Origin: Azolla caroliniana
Lineage: Eukaryota; Plantae; Polypodiophyta
Direction of reading: 5' to 3'
DNA length: 64,000 nt
NCBI GenBank assembly: GCA_043228905.1
Contig: JBHGNT010000003.1
Coordinates: forward strand, 23,064,001-23,128,000
In this document: positions 1-12,916 of the stretch, in pieces
Layout of the letters: each line of letters starts with the position of its first letter
Position numbering within the stretch: the stretch's first letter is position 1
Program-made: the position numbers and the translations under genes
The notes under the pieces: generated by a model
The model's input: only the letters and a program-made list of their open reading frames with translations
Told to the model about the DNA's origin: nothing
Databases searched by the model: none

Positions 1-440
1 AGAAGAGAGAAAACAAAAGAAAGTAAAGAAGGAATAAGATAGATAGATACCTTATAGAAAGGGGGGGTTGCAAAAAAGAAAGAAAACAAATAGAAAAAGG
101 TCATAAGTCTATATATCTCTATAGGCTAAGAAGAGGATGACTAAAGGTAAAGAAAGAGTTCACAACCTAATTAATAAAATCAAAAGCTTCTTTCTCTTTT
201 GTGGAGTTCACAACCCATGAGTGCCAATGATGACAAGACGAAGTGTGGAAAGGGAAAAAAAGAACAAGAAGACCCAAAAGGCATGTTACATGGGCCTACT
301 TACACCATGTCCACATACATACAAATACACCATGTGGCCATGTCCATGCATGGGGACAAAATGAGCGCGATATGGATATGGATTACATCCATGCCAAAGA
401 TCGTGTGCGTCATTTATGTAACCCTCTCGCTCTGATACCA

Positions 441-890
441 TGTGAAAGCTTAGATGTGGAAGCGTTAGACAGTCGGATAACGAAAGAGAGTAAGAAAATA
501 AGAGTGAAAGCTCAACACAGAGAATATACGCGGGAGAGACAGAGAATGAGCAGAACGTAGAAGTCTATTTCAAATATAATATCAATCCATTGTTACTCTG
601 TATATACAATGTGCTCAACAACACTATTTATACAAGTCCTTGAAGGATTGACATAAGTACGGTGTACTTCAATGCTCACAGGAGCGTTTGACACTAACTA
701 TGAGACTATTTTTACCTAGTAGTCTAGGCTACTACTAGGGTTCTGTTTACTGCTTGAGTTTGGCTCACCGGCTCCCCAGCTGATCGGCTCACTCGCTCAC
801 CAGCTGGCCAATCCGTCTCATCCTTCTAGATGCTGATTCGGCTCAGGCTTATTTAGCCGATTCGGATCCGGTTGAGCTTGCCGCCCAACA
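441..890 (-). mobile_element. LTR (probably Copia-type) flanked by a PPT on one side and a tRNA-iMet PBS on the other
   Basis: Minus strand reads PPT tgagggggag (891-900), then TGTTGGGCGG...TTTCACA (890-441), then PBS TGGTATCAGAGC (429-440). Confidence 0.8.
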
Positions 891-954
891 CTCCCCCTCA
901 AGCTCAACTTCAGGTCGGATCGTGGTGTTAGCGTCTGTGGCAGCTGGTTCTTAC

Positions 955-1035
955 CTCAAGGTGCAACGAACTCGGTGGCTCATATGATGCATGCCATGAA
1001 CAAAGTCTTGAAGGATTGCATCCCGGGAAACATGA
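955..1035 (+). mobile_element. Gypsy reverse-transcriptase fragment
   Basis: Translates PQGATNSVAHMMHAMNKVLKDCIP, the Gypsy RT segment preceding the catalytic DD motif. Confidence 0.6.
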
Positions 1036-1735
1036 TGTCGTGAAGATTCGTCACTATGTGCGGATCGTGAGGCAAAAGCACCGGGGTCCTGGACCGGAAG
1101 GATTTTGAAGTTTGCACTAGCTTTAGCGAGAAAGTATTTAAGATAGATTGAGAGAGATTGATATGGCGAGAGAAAGATTTAGATGGAGAGAGAGAGAGAG
1201 AGAGATTAAGATTGAACCCTTGACTTTAGATTTGAGAAATAAGATTAATACATCATCAAATGGGATAACGAATTTTCTTTTCTATTAATTTCTTAATCCA
1301 TACATAGCTCCCTTCTTCTTTTCCATCCACTATTTTATAGATGCCCTCATGCATATGATGCATGTAAGGGTGCAAGACATGCATGTTTGCAATTTGGCAC
1401 TCATGCATTACATGTGATGCATGATAAACATGTCACTCATTCAAGCTCTCATGTATAAGAATTTACTTGTAAACACAATGATAAAAATATAATTCTTGAA
1501 GAAATGAATTGGTTTAGTGGTAAGTTTATTGCCTTTCCTCTTGGAGGTGCAAGGATCAAGCCTTGCTTACATACATCCCTTTGTATACAAATTTTTACTA
1601 GGTTTCTTGTATACACATTTTTACTAGGTTTCTTACTCTAGATAATTTTGTTCGTTTCACACCGAAATCATCGCGATCAACCTATCCGGTCCCGGTTTCG
1701 TCGTCGTCCGGCGGTCCAGTTCCGTCCAAAACCAA
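1036..1735 (-). mobile_element. Partial LTR (family ending ...CACGACA) containing tRNA-like A/B boxes
   Basis: Reverse-complement similarity to 61390-62124. The CACGACA end is at 1036, with A box 1510-1520 and B box 1553-1563. The other boundary is approximate. Confidence 0.7.
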
Positions 1736-2149
1736 TTAGAACAACTACTTATATATTCTTGAATCCTGTTGTTGTCCTATCTATGTGGGATATCCCACAG
1801 TTTATTTTCCTCTTCTTCTCAAACTTTACACTCACATAACTTGACATTAAGTTGTCCGTTTCACACGTATTAAATGCATTAGGAAGCTCTTGAAGACATC
1901 TATCTTTTCGTATCAAGATATTAAACTAATATAAAATTGTATCTTCATTATTATTGTTTCATATTGTGTGTGAAGAACCACACTCGATTTTGTACATTCC
2001 ATGCAATTTTCACACAGTTGCCGAAAATCTTCATGACATCCACCCCCACCAAACCGCACGTCCTCCGATATGTGCCAAGAAGAGAGAGTGTGAGATTTTG
2101 GCTATGGTGATCAATCAGATTCCTCCATGTCCTCGTTCACATAACTTAT

Positions 2150-3010
2150 GTCTGTAGGTTTTGTCCTACTATCTTCATCGTCAAGGTTATTGAGGTCAGA
2201 ATCCTTATCTTGTCTTTTCTTGAAAATCTTTACTCTTTTTCCTACAATGGGTATGGCCAACCTTCACCCGTCTAGCTCCGCAAGGTGGTATGTGGCATTG
2301 TCATTGGAACTTGTCACCACATACGGTCCAAACCATCTTCTTGCGAACTTTCTGGTTGTCATGTGTTAATTGTCAAGGCTGCAGTTGTAGACCAATACCC
2401 AATCTCCTTCTTTGATCTTCTTGGGACACAGTCGATGTGTCTTGTCGAACTGAATCTTGTTCTTCACTTGGTTTACCTCAATCATCTTTCGCGCTTTTTC
2501 TAAATCTTCAGGCCTTCATTCAAGCTACCTTATCCGTGCCACTAACAATTCTTCTTGGCTCATCTTGTTTTCCCATGGTATCACTATCCAGGAGGCGATC
2601 GTCCTTTCAATGGGCATTACCGGCTTTTGTCCATACATAAGCTTTGTTGGCATATACCTTGTCACTGAACTGTGTGTAGTTCTGTCGGCCCACAAGGCAT
2701 AAGGTAATAGTCGTGGCCAGTTCCCGACTTGACCGTTGCATGCTCGTACGATGGCTTTGACGATTGCTCCATGCCCTCGCTCGATCTTCCCATTTGCTTT
2801 TGGATTGTAGGCAGTCATGAGGGAGAGCTTCACGCTTAGTCGTTCGAAAAGCTCCGTTGCTTTGTGTGCATCCAATTCCCCTCGGTCGGCCACTATCTTC
2901 CCCACACATCCGTATCGGCAGACAACCTCTTCAAGTAGAAATTTGCAAATAGCTGACATCGTCTTATTTGCCAAGGCTCGTCCTTCCACTTGATTTGTCA
3001 AGCCATTTGC
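2150..3010 (-). mobile_element. Gypsy integrase remnant
   Basis: ORF 2525..3211 contains the rve core: CRYGCVGKIVADRGE, AYNPKANGKIERGH, LWADRTT. Confidence 0.85.
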
Positions 3011-4770
3011 AACCGAAGTAAGGGAAGAGCTATTTCGACTAAAGGTGGAATCACCACTTGGTTTCATGTAGTATGAAAGAAATTTCAAGGATTTGTGGAC
3101 AACATGGACTCGTATTCGTGGTGGCATTGAAGACGAGTGGTTTAAAATGGAATGATTCAAGATAGGTCTTGATATGTATTTCTGTTTGGAGGCAAACTTG
3201 AAGGATCCCACATCTTTTCAAGCTCTTATCCAAGTTTGTCAAGCTTACGAATGACAAGTGAAGATGATGAGTTCCATGGGGGACCCCCAAATGACGTCTT
3301 TGGGTGCAAATTTGATGCCTCATGCTAACTTTCAAGCCTCATATTAAATTGTGCATGGTGGACAAGTGTTTCCAAATGTGTATACCACCACAACAATAAA
3401 CCCAACAAGTATATCTCAAGAAGTGGAACAAGTGAAGAGTGAAGAAGATACAATGGCATTGGTAAATCGGTGCTCTAATGAAGTGATGGCCCACTTGCGA
3501 CAATCCCAAGCAATTCACAACACTATTCCCGATGGTGTAATTTTTTATTCTTGTCAAGAGGAGGGACACATCTCAACAAGATCTCCTCATCGACAACAAA
3601 GAGGCATGGGAAGAGGAATGTATCAAGTGCAAAGGAATGGACAACGACCTAACAACAATGAAGTTGAAGGAGGCGTAACACTTCCTATGGCTCAGGTTCC
3701 TACAATTCCTCATCATGTGAATCTTCTTAATTTTATTGATGATAGTGATATGTCTTGTGAAGTAGCTCATGTGAAAAGGACAAGGTACTCGCAAAAGGAG
3801 AAAGAAGTTGAAGGAGAATCTAGTGCCTTAAGACAAAAGAAGAAGTCTAAGGAGAATGAGAATGAGGAAATATTGAGAAGAAGACACTCTAGAAGAAAGA
3901 TCAAGATGGAGGACATTCCTATGGGTGAAGGTGTAGAAGCTTTCAATTTGCACCATGAGTTGATATCAAGTGGACCACGGATAACATGGTCGCAACTTCT
4001 CCGATTATCTCCCACATTGCAGCATGAGTTGATATCAAGTGGACCAAGGATAACATGGTCGCAACTTCTCCAATTATCTCCCACATTACGAAAGGAGTGG
4101 GGGCAGCTTGCAAGTATTCGCCAAAGTCGGAAGAGTGTGCGTTATGTGGGGATCGTGCGAGTAGAAGATCAAAAGGACATACGACCAACCATCCCCATCT
4201 CCATCAAAGGGTTTCACATCAGAGATGTCTTGGCTTGATTTCTGAATTTGTGGTAAACAAAGTGGGAATTCCTATTAGTAGGTCATCTTCGGCAAGGGTG
4301 GTTGTAGTTGATGGTGGAGTCGTTCATTGCATTGGCATCGTGGAGGATGTGGTCATCAAGTATTTTGGGGTAAGCATTTCGATGGATTTTCATGTAATAC
4401 CACTAAAAGGACCATCATATTCTTTGGTACTAGGAAGACCATGGATGCAAGAACTCAATGTTGTCCAAGATTGGAGCAAAGGTTTGATGACCATAACGCC
4501 ATCAAATGGAGTGAGCATACATTATGATATGCGGCAATAACGACTTATTGAGAAAGAAGAAGATGGAATAACTGAATATGATAGCGGGTCCGCATATGAA
4601 AGTGATGAAAGTGAAGATTCCTTATCAGAATAGGAAATGACAACATAATATGCCGTTTTGAAGGAAGAAGATGATGAAGGAGGTTTAATTACTATGGAGC
4701 AGAAAGAGAAGATGATTTCTAAAGATCTTAAAGGGTTTGTCCTCAATGGTAGAATACTACAGTACAAACT
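3011..4770 (+). mobile_element. Gypsy gag-protease remnant
   Basis: Degenerate zinc knuckle (FYSCQEEGHISTRSP) and protease C-terminal motif (FHVIPLKGPSYSLVLGRPW), with stops and frameshifts. Confidence 0.8.
3954..4088 (+). repeat. 69-bp in-frame tandem duplication in gag
   Basis: HELISSGPRITWSQLL(R/Q)LSPTL occurs twice. Confidence 0.9.
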
Positions 4771-5923
4771 TACTACGAATAATTTATGGTTATGCCCGTA
4801 ACATCCTCACCAATAACTTGATGAGATTCTTTTGTTTTACTTTGATCAACAATTCCTTTTTGCAATGCACGTCCTAAATTTCCCTATCAAAAGAAAAGGC
4901 CTTAGTTTGGAGCAAGTGTGTACTTGTTCAACATATAGTCGATGAATTTAGATTTTATCATGTATCTATATACATAATTACTCCATCCAGAACCAATCAA
5001 ATGATTGATATCATGACAACCACCACACTATGTAGTCATACACTAAGGGTTAGCATTGAGGAACTCACACCAAAATAATGGGTGGTTCTACGGTTCATAT
5101 ATGTTGACGCAAAATTAGAGCCAAATATCATTTTCCTATTTCTAAGATATCGGGGATTGCAGCATAATTAGGATATATGTATTGTGTTTATAATCAATGG
5201 TAGGCATTGAGTGATACCATATCTACAAAAGTTGAAGAGATTACCAATGTCAAAGTTTCGTTTGTTGGCATTGAGAACAAAAATATTCTATTTTCAAGTA
5301 ATATATGTGAAAGTAAGTAGCCACTCTTGATGTCCAAAAACTTTTACTGATGAATGTCATAATTGAGAGTGAAAACTAATCGGACAAGGAGAGAGAAATC
5401 CATCCAAAGATTGGGATTTGTCGAAAATGTGTGGAAAGCATAGCGAATGTGATGAAAGGCAAGAGGAATCCATCTAAATCTAATGATGAGACTCTCTCTA
5501 ATTTATTAGAGAAAGAAAGAAAGTTACATTAACGTCATCTAAGACCAGAATTGGCACATTAATGATACAATAAAGAAATGTGTACCTAATGATGCAAAAT
5601 TAAATAAAAACAAAAAATAAAGTGGCTTAAAAGGCCCCAATAATGGGATTGGCATACTCTACAATAACGAGATATGTATCCAATCATCCAAAATATAAAA
5701 ATAAAAATACATAAAAATAAAAATGGCCAAGGGGCCAATCCCAAAACGGAACATAAAATGCGAGGAGTTACATCATGCTAGAGAAAAAGAGAGATACGAG
5801 AAAAAAGGGGTAATTGCGTCTCCATAGATAGATAGCTGGAGACCTCCAAATTTGAGATGCTAAACAACAACTGGAAATGCAGGGAAGTAAGTTTAGAGAG
5901 TGTAAGTGGCAGGTAGCTAGGTG

Positions 5924-6730
5924 TTAGATTCTTGGATTGAAGCTAGCAATAAACAACATATCCTCTTCAGATTCAACTGCATTTTGGGCTTCGTTGAGAA
6001 GGTGCAATGCGCTGATCGTCGCATAATTATTGAGGTGAGGATCGAAGGACATGATAACTGGGTGGGCCACTACGGCACTGACGGCAGAGGATTCTGTTTT
6101 GAGGAGGTCCGACGAAGACAAGCCCTTCAGAGCATCACTAAAATCGAAGCGGCGGAAGTTGGTTTTGAAAATGCTGCTGTGATGCTTGAGGAGCGCGATT
6201 GCGAGCTCCAATGCACTCCGCTTCATATAGGGAAGCATTCGCTCTTGCTCGCTTGATCTTCGCATCTGCTCTTGGCCTCCAATAGCATCGCCTGACCTCG
6301 CCGGCACCGCCGGCATATCCATATTCATGAAGCTTCTCATTCCCATCTCCAATATGTCACCGGGCACGTCCCGCAGAAACCCACCCCATTGCCGCTACCT
6401 GCAGCGCCATCTGACCCCTTTCTCATGTTTTCTGCATATGGCATCATCATTTTCCTTATTGCCGGCATTATGCACGGCCTTCTGCAGTGGGGCAGGAGTC
6501 CTGTTTAATTCTACCGCGTGGGTGCTCATCTCTTTGATCAAGTTCAAGAGGCAGGTTTTGATGGTATGGAGAGCAGGGATCTCTGGTCAGATACTTGAGA
6601 AACTTTAGGGTAGTAATAGTTACTGGCATGGCATTGATGGTGATGGTATGACTATTGGAGGAGGTTACAGAGCCTCACTTCCAATATGATCCTCACTAGT
6701 GCTTTCATTCTGCGTAGCCATTGTTAGCAT
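5924..6730 (-). pseudogene. BLE2-like TM/ARM-repeat gene, copy 1 (internally deleted pseudogene retaining N- and C-termini)
   Basis: ATG 6730 gives MLTMATQNESTSEDHIGSEA, like copy 2. After a frameshift it reads ITTLKFLKYLTRDP..KTCLLNLIKE, matching VALRILKYMIRDP..KTCLLNYIRD of copy 3. The C-terminal LPYMKRSALELAIALL...SALHLL resembles the family C-terminus. In-frame stop present. Confidence 0.7.
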
Positions 6731-6749
6731 ATGAATACACTCAAAGCCA

Positions 6750-6793
6750 TGTATGTATGTATGTATGTATGTATGTATGTATGTATGTATGTA
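6750..6793 (+). repeat. (TATG)n microsatellite just upstream of the copy 1 ATG
   Basis: Seen directly. Confidence 0.9.
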
Positions 6794-7659
6794 TAGCTCT
6801 TACCAGAAACCATTATCAAGTGCCGAGTTCAATTTGACTGAGTTTTGTCTGTAGGTAGCAAAAGCTCTCCTAACGACAACTACCCACCAAAAGAAGAGGA
6901 AAGAGCAGCATTCAATGCCTCGTCAGCATTGACCTTAAAGAGTTCCGTACATTGACTGAAGTCTCCTTAGCCTCCCATCTACCCCAATCATCATCAATAA
7001 TGTATTGATCAGGTTTCTCCAGTGATTATTGGATTTAATCATGTAGAGGTTGCATTTGAGATCATGAAATGTATAAATTCTTCATGGGTTTGAGTATCAA
7101 AGGTAGAACTTTGACATTCAGATTAGCTGAATGACCAATATTACTTTGAGAACTTTTTGTTGTCAATCACTTCGAGATTGTTATATTTGAGTTTAGATGT
7201 CGACAAAGTTGCTCTTTTGCTAGGACACTATGCTTTTTATCGGACAATAAAGAAGCAATCCATTCTCGAGTTATCATCAACGGAAGTGAAGTACAATGAA
7301 TCTTGTTATTGTGGAGGACACTTCATAATGCCTATTAAGGGGAAATCTTGTCATAGATAGCATTTCCAAACATGGTTGTTTGCTATGGTGAAAGAGTATG
7401 TGTGGGTGGAACAAGTAGATCATGACCCAACAGTAATCCTAACACAAAAAAACGCCATTAAAGATCATGAAAATTATATTATGGGAACTAATAGAATCAT
7501 TATTACTCTAGAGGAATGATACAACTCTAGAGGAGTTAGATATCGACCTATGGAACAAATCGTTCGGACATATCAACTTCCCCCAACTTCGAGAAATGCA
7601 GATGAAGAACATTGTTTTCTATTACGAGCATGACCATATAATATCTATGGTGAGAATTT

Positions 7660-8051
7660 ACCATAGTATTCTATACACTACGTGAAATATGTAAAAAAAG
7701 CTAAAGTGTGCATGAAAACTAAAGTTAGAAAAAGCATGATGCTTGCATGTGATAAACTTAGACTCTTTCATCACTATATAAGGAAGAGAGAAAGATGTAT
7801 ATGGTTGTTGATTTTTTATAAGGATTGATTAATATAAAATATTCTTGGGATCCACAAATTTGCCATCTATTTCTCTCTTACAATCTAAGTATCAATTAAT
7901 GCACTATACTCGTAGGATTCACAATTTTCATATCTTCTTCTTGCAATCTTTTCCTAATTAACATTATCTCATATTCTTCTTTCCCCTAGTCCAAAACCCC
8001 AGTGGTTCCCACCCGACTCATGCAAACGATTTGGCGCTGAAAGGCACGACA
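7660..8051 (+). mobile_element. Internally deleted solo LTR, same family as 11893-12612
   Basis: Ends ...gaaaggcacgaca and shares ctacgtgaaa and cactatataagg blocks with the reverse complement of 11893-12612. Confidence 0.6.
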
Positions 8052-8700
8052 ATGTGGATAATGTATGAGGGTTAAACGAGAGTGTAAAGAAGGGGAGGAT
8101 TACTTTTAATTCTCACGATTCAGACAACCCATTAGGGCAAGTGTGAACTTTCCTGGGGGCCTTAGGTTTGGCTATAAATATGAGTACTTGCTACCCTCAT
8201 TCGACACATTATCGACTATGTGGAGACTCTATCATTGTGGTGGGTCAACTTATGTAGCCAGCACGCTAGCACCATGTACGACTCGACGCCACAACGGTGG
8301 TATGGGATGCCGATCGAGGCTCGGGGGTGATCGCACCCTTCTTTCTCTCTCTCCTTTCTTATTTATCAATCTTTTATCCTGATCATATGCGTACATTAGT
8401 AGCTAAGCTCTAACAATTGGTATCTGAGCCATGTTTCTAATGTTTCTTTTGTTGATTGTTTTTTTCTTGTTGGATGGTGATCGATTGATGTATGATCGAG
8501 CTTGATCCAGATAATTATCAACAAAGGAACTTTGGTAACTCTTTTTTTTATCTATTATTTCTTCTCCCAATATAAGCATGTATAGTCAATATGTACTTTT
8601 TTACATTGATTCAATTATGTTGTAGTGGTAATAATTGGTAATAATTAATATATGCATATATAATCACATGTATACGTATTTAATCGTATACGTGTGATAA

Positions 8701-8735
<35 letters not shown>

Positions 8736-9965
8736 TTTTTATTACGTGATTGTGTATGTCGAATGTTGTACTTTTCAGGGAAAGCATCAATGTCGTACTC
8801 ACCATCCTTTTTTTCAACAATTTTTTTTGTTGTTGCCATCTCCGTTGGTCACTTCAACCTTACTATGCGTTATAATGAAACGATTATAGCCACAATGATG
8901 TTGAGAGCATAGGGCGTAACCTACTTTAAGTGAGGTCGCCCCTATGACACACACATCCAACATCCCTCCCATGTTACATTGTTACGATGCCACCAGGAGA
9001 TCATCATTACGAAAGGCATTCGTAATGATGTAACCATGTGATGGGCCACGTGGGCCTACTATGAAAAGAGGGCTCGTGTGGTTTGACCATTAGGTTGCAC
9101 TTTGGGGTATGTCGTTGTAATGATGAGCCTTGAGGTTGGGTAACGTACCAACATAGTTTTGTAGTAAACGAGGGGGAAATAAGGACTCTCGACATATATA
9201 TTTTCATTTAAAAAAACATATATGGGCAAATGCCTTCGCATATCTCTCATATGCATAAACATTAAACCTTCAAAAGAAGCAAACCATTTTTTAGCTCAAG
9301 TGTTTAATGTATTTCTTCTCGAGGTTTCGAGTTCAAATATGACCAAGACCATACAACATTGTTGATACATATGACAATAACACATGTTTAGACTTGAGGT
9401 ATAAGTGCACTTCGAGATCCTCGTAATAGGACTTAAAGAGCTGAAACCACATGGGTAGCCGCAGAGATATAGTTTATTGTTAACAAGTTTTCGTGTTTAA
9501 ACTATTCATGAAGCAAACATACATGGTTGAGCCTCGGGGAGCTGCCATGAAAAAATCGAGATAAAGATCAGGGAAACACATTCATTTGTCACCCCCATGG
9601 TTTTTAAAACACCTTTGTGTTACCATAGTAACCTGATCTTGAACCTTATCTCATACGTTTAGAGGGGTATTGACGTGAGATGCTCATATCGATTAATGTT
9701 TGCCCATGATATGTTTACATCATGACATAATGTTATGACTATTTGTTTGACCTTATCCTACTTCTTTGCCAGAAATTATCATTCAATGGCTCATACTAAC
9801 GACCTGATCAGGAAATCCTCCTAGTCAATCCCCGTTCAGTCGTATTTGATATAAATACAAAATGTCTTTAATTCAACCGTGCATCAGATGTGTGAACTTT
9901 GGCAATCTCATAATGCTCTCGAGGCACGTGTCATTAGTTTACAACGTGATACTAATAGATTTGAT

Positions 9966-10402
9966 TGTCATGAGTAGATGATACCTCATGAGGTTTAGGG
10001 TGACTCGAACCTGTGACCTCCTAAGGAGAAGCACTTAGCTCTAGCCATTAGGTTATATATGTTGTACATAAAGATATTATAATTTACTTTATTATAATAT
10101 TGATAATGTAACCCTATAAATATCCGAAAGGGGCCATGACCTTTCAATATCCGAAAGGGTATCATGACCCTACAACATCCCAAAGGGTATCATGACTCTA
10201 CAAACATTCAAGGGGCACATACTACTCCTATATAAATAGGACATATTGTATTGTTAGAACTATTCTGGTTCAACACCAGTCTTTGGCAAATATTCTAGTT
10301 CTTGCTCTTGTATATTTTCCTATTATAATAAAATATAGTCATTGTTCTCTCTTTCTTTTCCTCTCTTGTTTAATCTTCTTTGGTCAAGCTAAGGCCTTGT
10401 CA
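9966..10402 (+). mobile_element. Solo LTR of the Tcn1-like chromovirus group
   Basis: Starts TGTCATGA and is 437 bp, with near-TSD ttgat/ctgat. TATA at ~10229 is followed by ggttcaacaccagtc, as in the LTR at 30066. Antisense B box 10001-10011 and A box 10045-10055. Confidence 0.75.
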
Positions 10403-11892
10403 CTGATGAGTGTCAAGGCGTACGATCATTTGTCGTAAAGCCATTTACGGGAGAAAAAAAGGAAAGAACCGAAGAAGCAATCTGCACGTGGTTGGGCTGA
10501 TGGGAGTCTCATTTTGAGCTCTATCCCAAGCCTGGTGGCGTGGGTTCTAGACTTTGGAGAAATTTCCCAATACCTAGACAAAATGTGTCATAGCTTTCAT
10601 GGGCCAATTTCTGTAACCTCCATCTCGAACCAAGGCAACACAAACTTTAATGAAGCTCTCTAGTAGGGAGTTCTCCTCGCTAGAAGACTATGTTCATGAT
10701 GCTAGAACACAAATCCAAAAATCGGGTCTAGAAGGGGACAATTAGTTGATAGCTTGTTTTGTCCATGGCATCCTCAATTCGGACTATCACTGGATAGTGC
10801 ACGATAAGGATCCCAAATCCTTCGGAGAGGTTGTTGAAATAGTTCTTTGCTATCAACACACTTCAAAGGACCATAACAAACCCAACGAAGCGCCTGGGAC
10901 TAAGCCGTCGCAATTTGCTGGGAAAGGCAAGACACCCAACAAATTCATGGATCGGGATTGTAAGCAACAAAATCCTTTTCGTGTATTCTACAAAAAGAAG
11001 GGCCATACAAAAGAGAAATGTCGAAAGCTCTAATGGAAAGAGCATGACAACAAAACAAAAGTTGCAGACTAGAAAGGACAGATTCCTGATGTCCTTGAGG
11101 TCTATACACATCATTTAAATAATTGTAAATGTTCTTTCCCTCACTATGTATTGGGACCTAATGATTTACTACGTGCAAACGAGTATATCAATGGATCTCC
11201 CGTACAATTTTTATTTGATTCGTGAAGCTCACACAATTTTGTGAATGATCGTTTGGTTCGGACATGGGGAATCTAACCCACCGTAAGTGATCACACCTAT
11301 AGGGTGTACTTGGCTGATGGAAGAGTACAGTATAATCAAAGAGGCGATTCATTCATTATGAATTTCTATTGTTATTTATATAGAGGAAGTAGACTTCCAT
11401 GTAATGAATCTTTGAACCACTAATGTAATACTAGGCTATCCCTAGTTTTATAATAAAAACTCTTCTTTGTCTATTGATTGGGTTCACCATTCCATTTCCT
11501 TTGCACTGAATGATTGTACTCATTTTATTCAATGTTTAAATAAACAATCTCTTTCGATTGTTTCCTCTCCATCAATATCTGAGTTATCTTGTTCTTCTTT
11601 ATTTTATTGTGTATTTGATCAGAACATTCATGTTTATAATAACGATAATGTCTCGGGGTCAATTATCATATTTTTAGGAACAACAGCTCGATGAAATCTC
11701 AAATGATTTTGGTGATGTTTTTCCGAGTGAACTACCACATGGGTTACCTCCTAAACGTAATCTAGACCACCGTATAGATATTGTACCTGGTGTTGCACCA
11801 ATAAGTATACCTCCTTATCGCATAAGTCGATCCGAAGAGGATGAGGTATCTAAGCAACTCAATGACTATTTACAAATGGGTTCACCAACTTG

Positions 11893-12612
11893 TGTCGTGC
11901 CTTTCGGCTCTGGATCGTTGCGTGAGTTGGGTGGGAACCGCCGAGGTTTTGAACTAGGAGGAAGAGGAATACAACTTAAGGCTAGTTATGAATAGTAGAA
12001 AGAGAAGTAAGATAGCAATCTCGTGAATCCCACGAGTTTAGTGTATTTAAAACAATATTTAGATTATAAGAGTAATTTAGATGGCAAAATTCGTGAATCC
12101 CACGAATATATTAGATTGATCAATCCTTGTAGAAAAATAATCAACAAAAACTATAATGTGCTCCCCATCCTTATATAGTGATGGGAGAGACTAAGCATAG
12201 CTAGCTTTTTTTTTTCTAATATGTTCATGCACACTAAATGTGCATGTGATGCTTTTCTAATCCTTGCTTTTATTTGCTAAATATAGTGCTCATGCACGCT
12301 AGATGTGCATGAGTCACTTTTTAGTTGCTTGCGTTTTTCTATAAAATATTCACGCACTCTAAAAATGCATGATTTACCTTTTAATAGGTAGGTGCAAATA
12401 AAGCACTTATAGTTATTAAATCTATTTGTAGAACACTAAAGATAAGGTAGCATAATGGTAAAGTTGAGTTTATCTATGTGGAGGTGCAAGGTTCGAATCT
12501 TGCCTTATGCATGTGATAAATATTTTGATATATTATTTATTTATTTATATGTATCTAAAATCGGATATATTATTTTATGGTTTTCACGTAGTGTGTGGAA
12601 TACACTACGACA
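11893..12612 (-). mobile_element. Solo LTR nested in Gypsy RT
   Basis: TGTCGT...CACGACA termini interrupt the RT-upstream reading frame. A box 12448-12458 and B box 12490-12500 are antisense to the LTR. TSD imperfect. Confidence 0.75.
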
Positions 12613-12916
12613 ACGTTATCGTAAATCTCCATTGGGGGCAACTGTTCTCTTCGCAAAAAAGAAAGACGACACATGGCGTATGTGTATCAATTATCGACAC
12701 TTGAATAAATTGACGTGATAAATATTTTGATATATTATTTATTTATTTATATGTATCTCAAATCGGATATATTATTTTATGGTTTTCACGTAGTGTGTGG
12801 AATACACTACGACAACGTTATCGTAAATCTCCATTGGGGGCAACTGTTCTCTTCGCAAAAAAGAAAGACGACACATGGCGTATGTGTATCAATTATCGAC
12901 ACTTGAATAAATTGAC
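12513..12916 (+). repeat. 202-bp tandem duplication spanning the LTR/RT junction
   Basis: 12513-12714 is nearly identical to 12715-12916. Confidence 0.9.

Noticed and set aside
199-560. Short ORFs at the window start
   Set aside because: They overlap the LTR/PBS antisense strand and have no recognisable domains.
9292-9340. An eighth A/B-box module
   Set aside because: The boxes are degenerate, the spacer is ~27 bp and the LTR context could not be defined.
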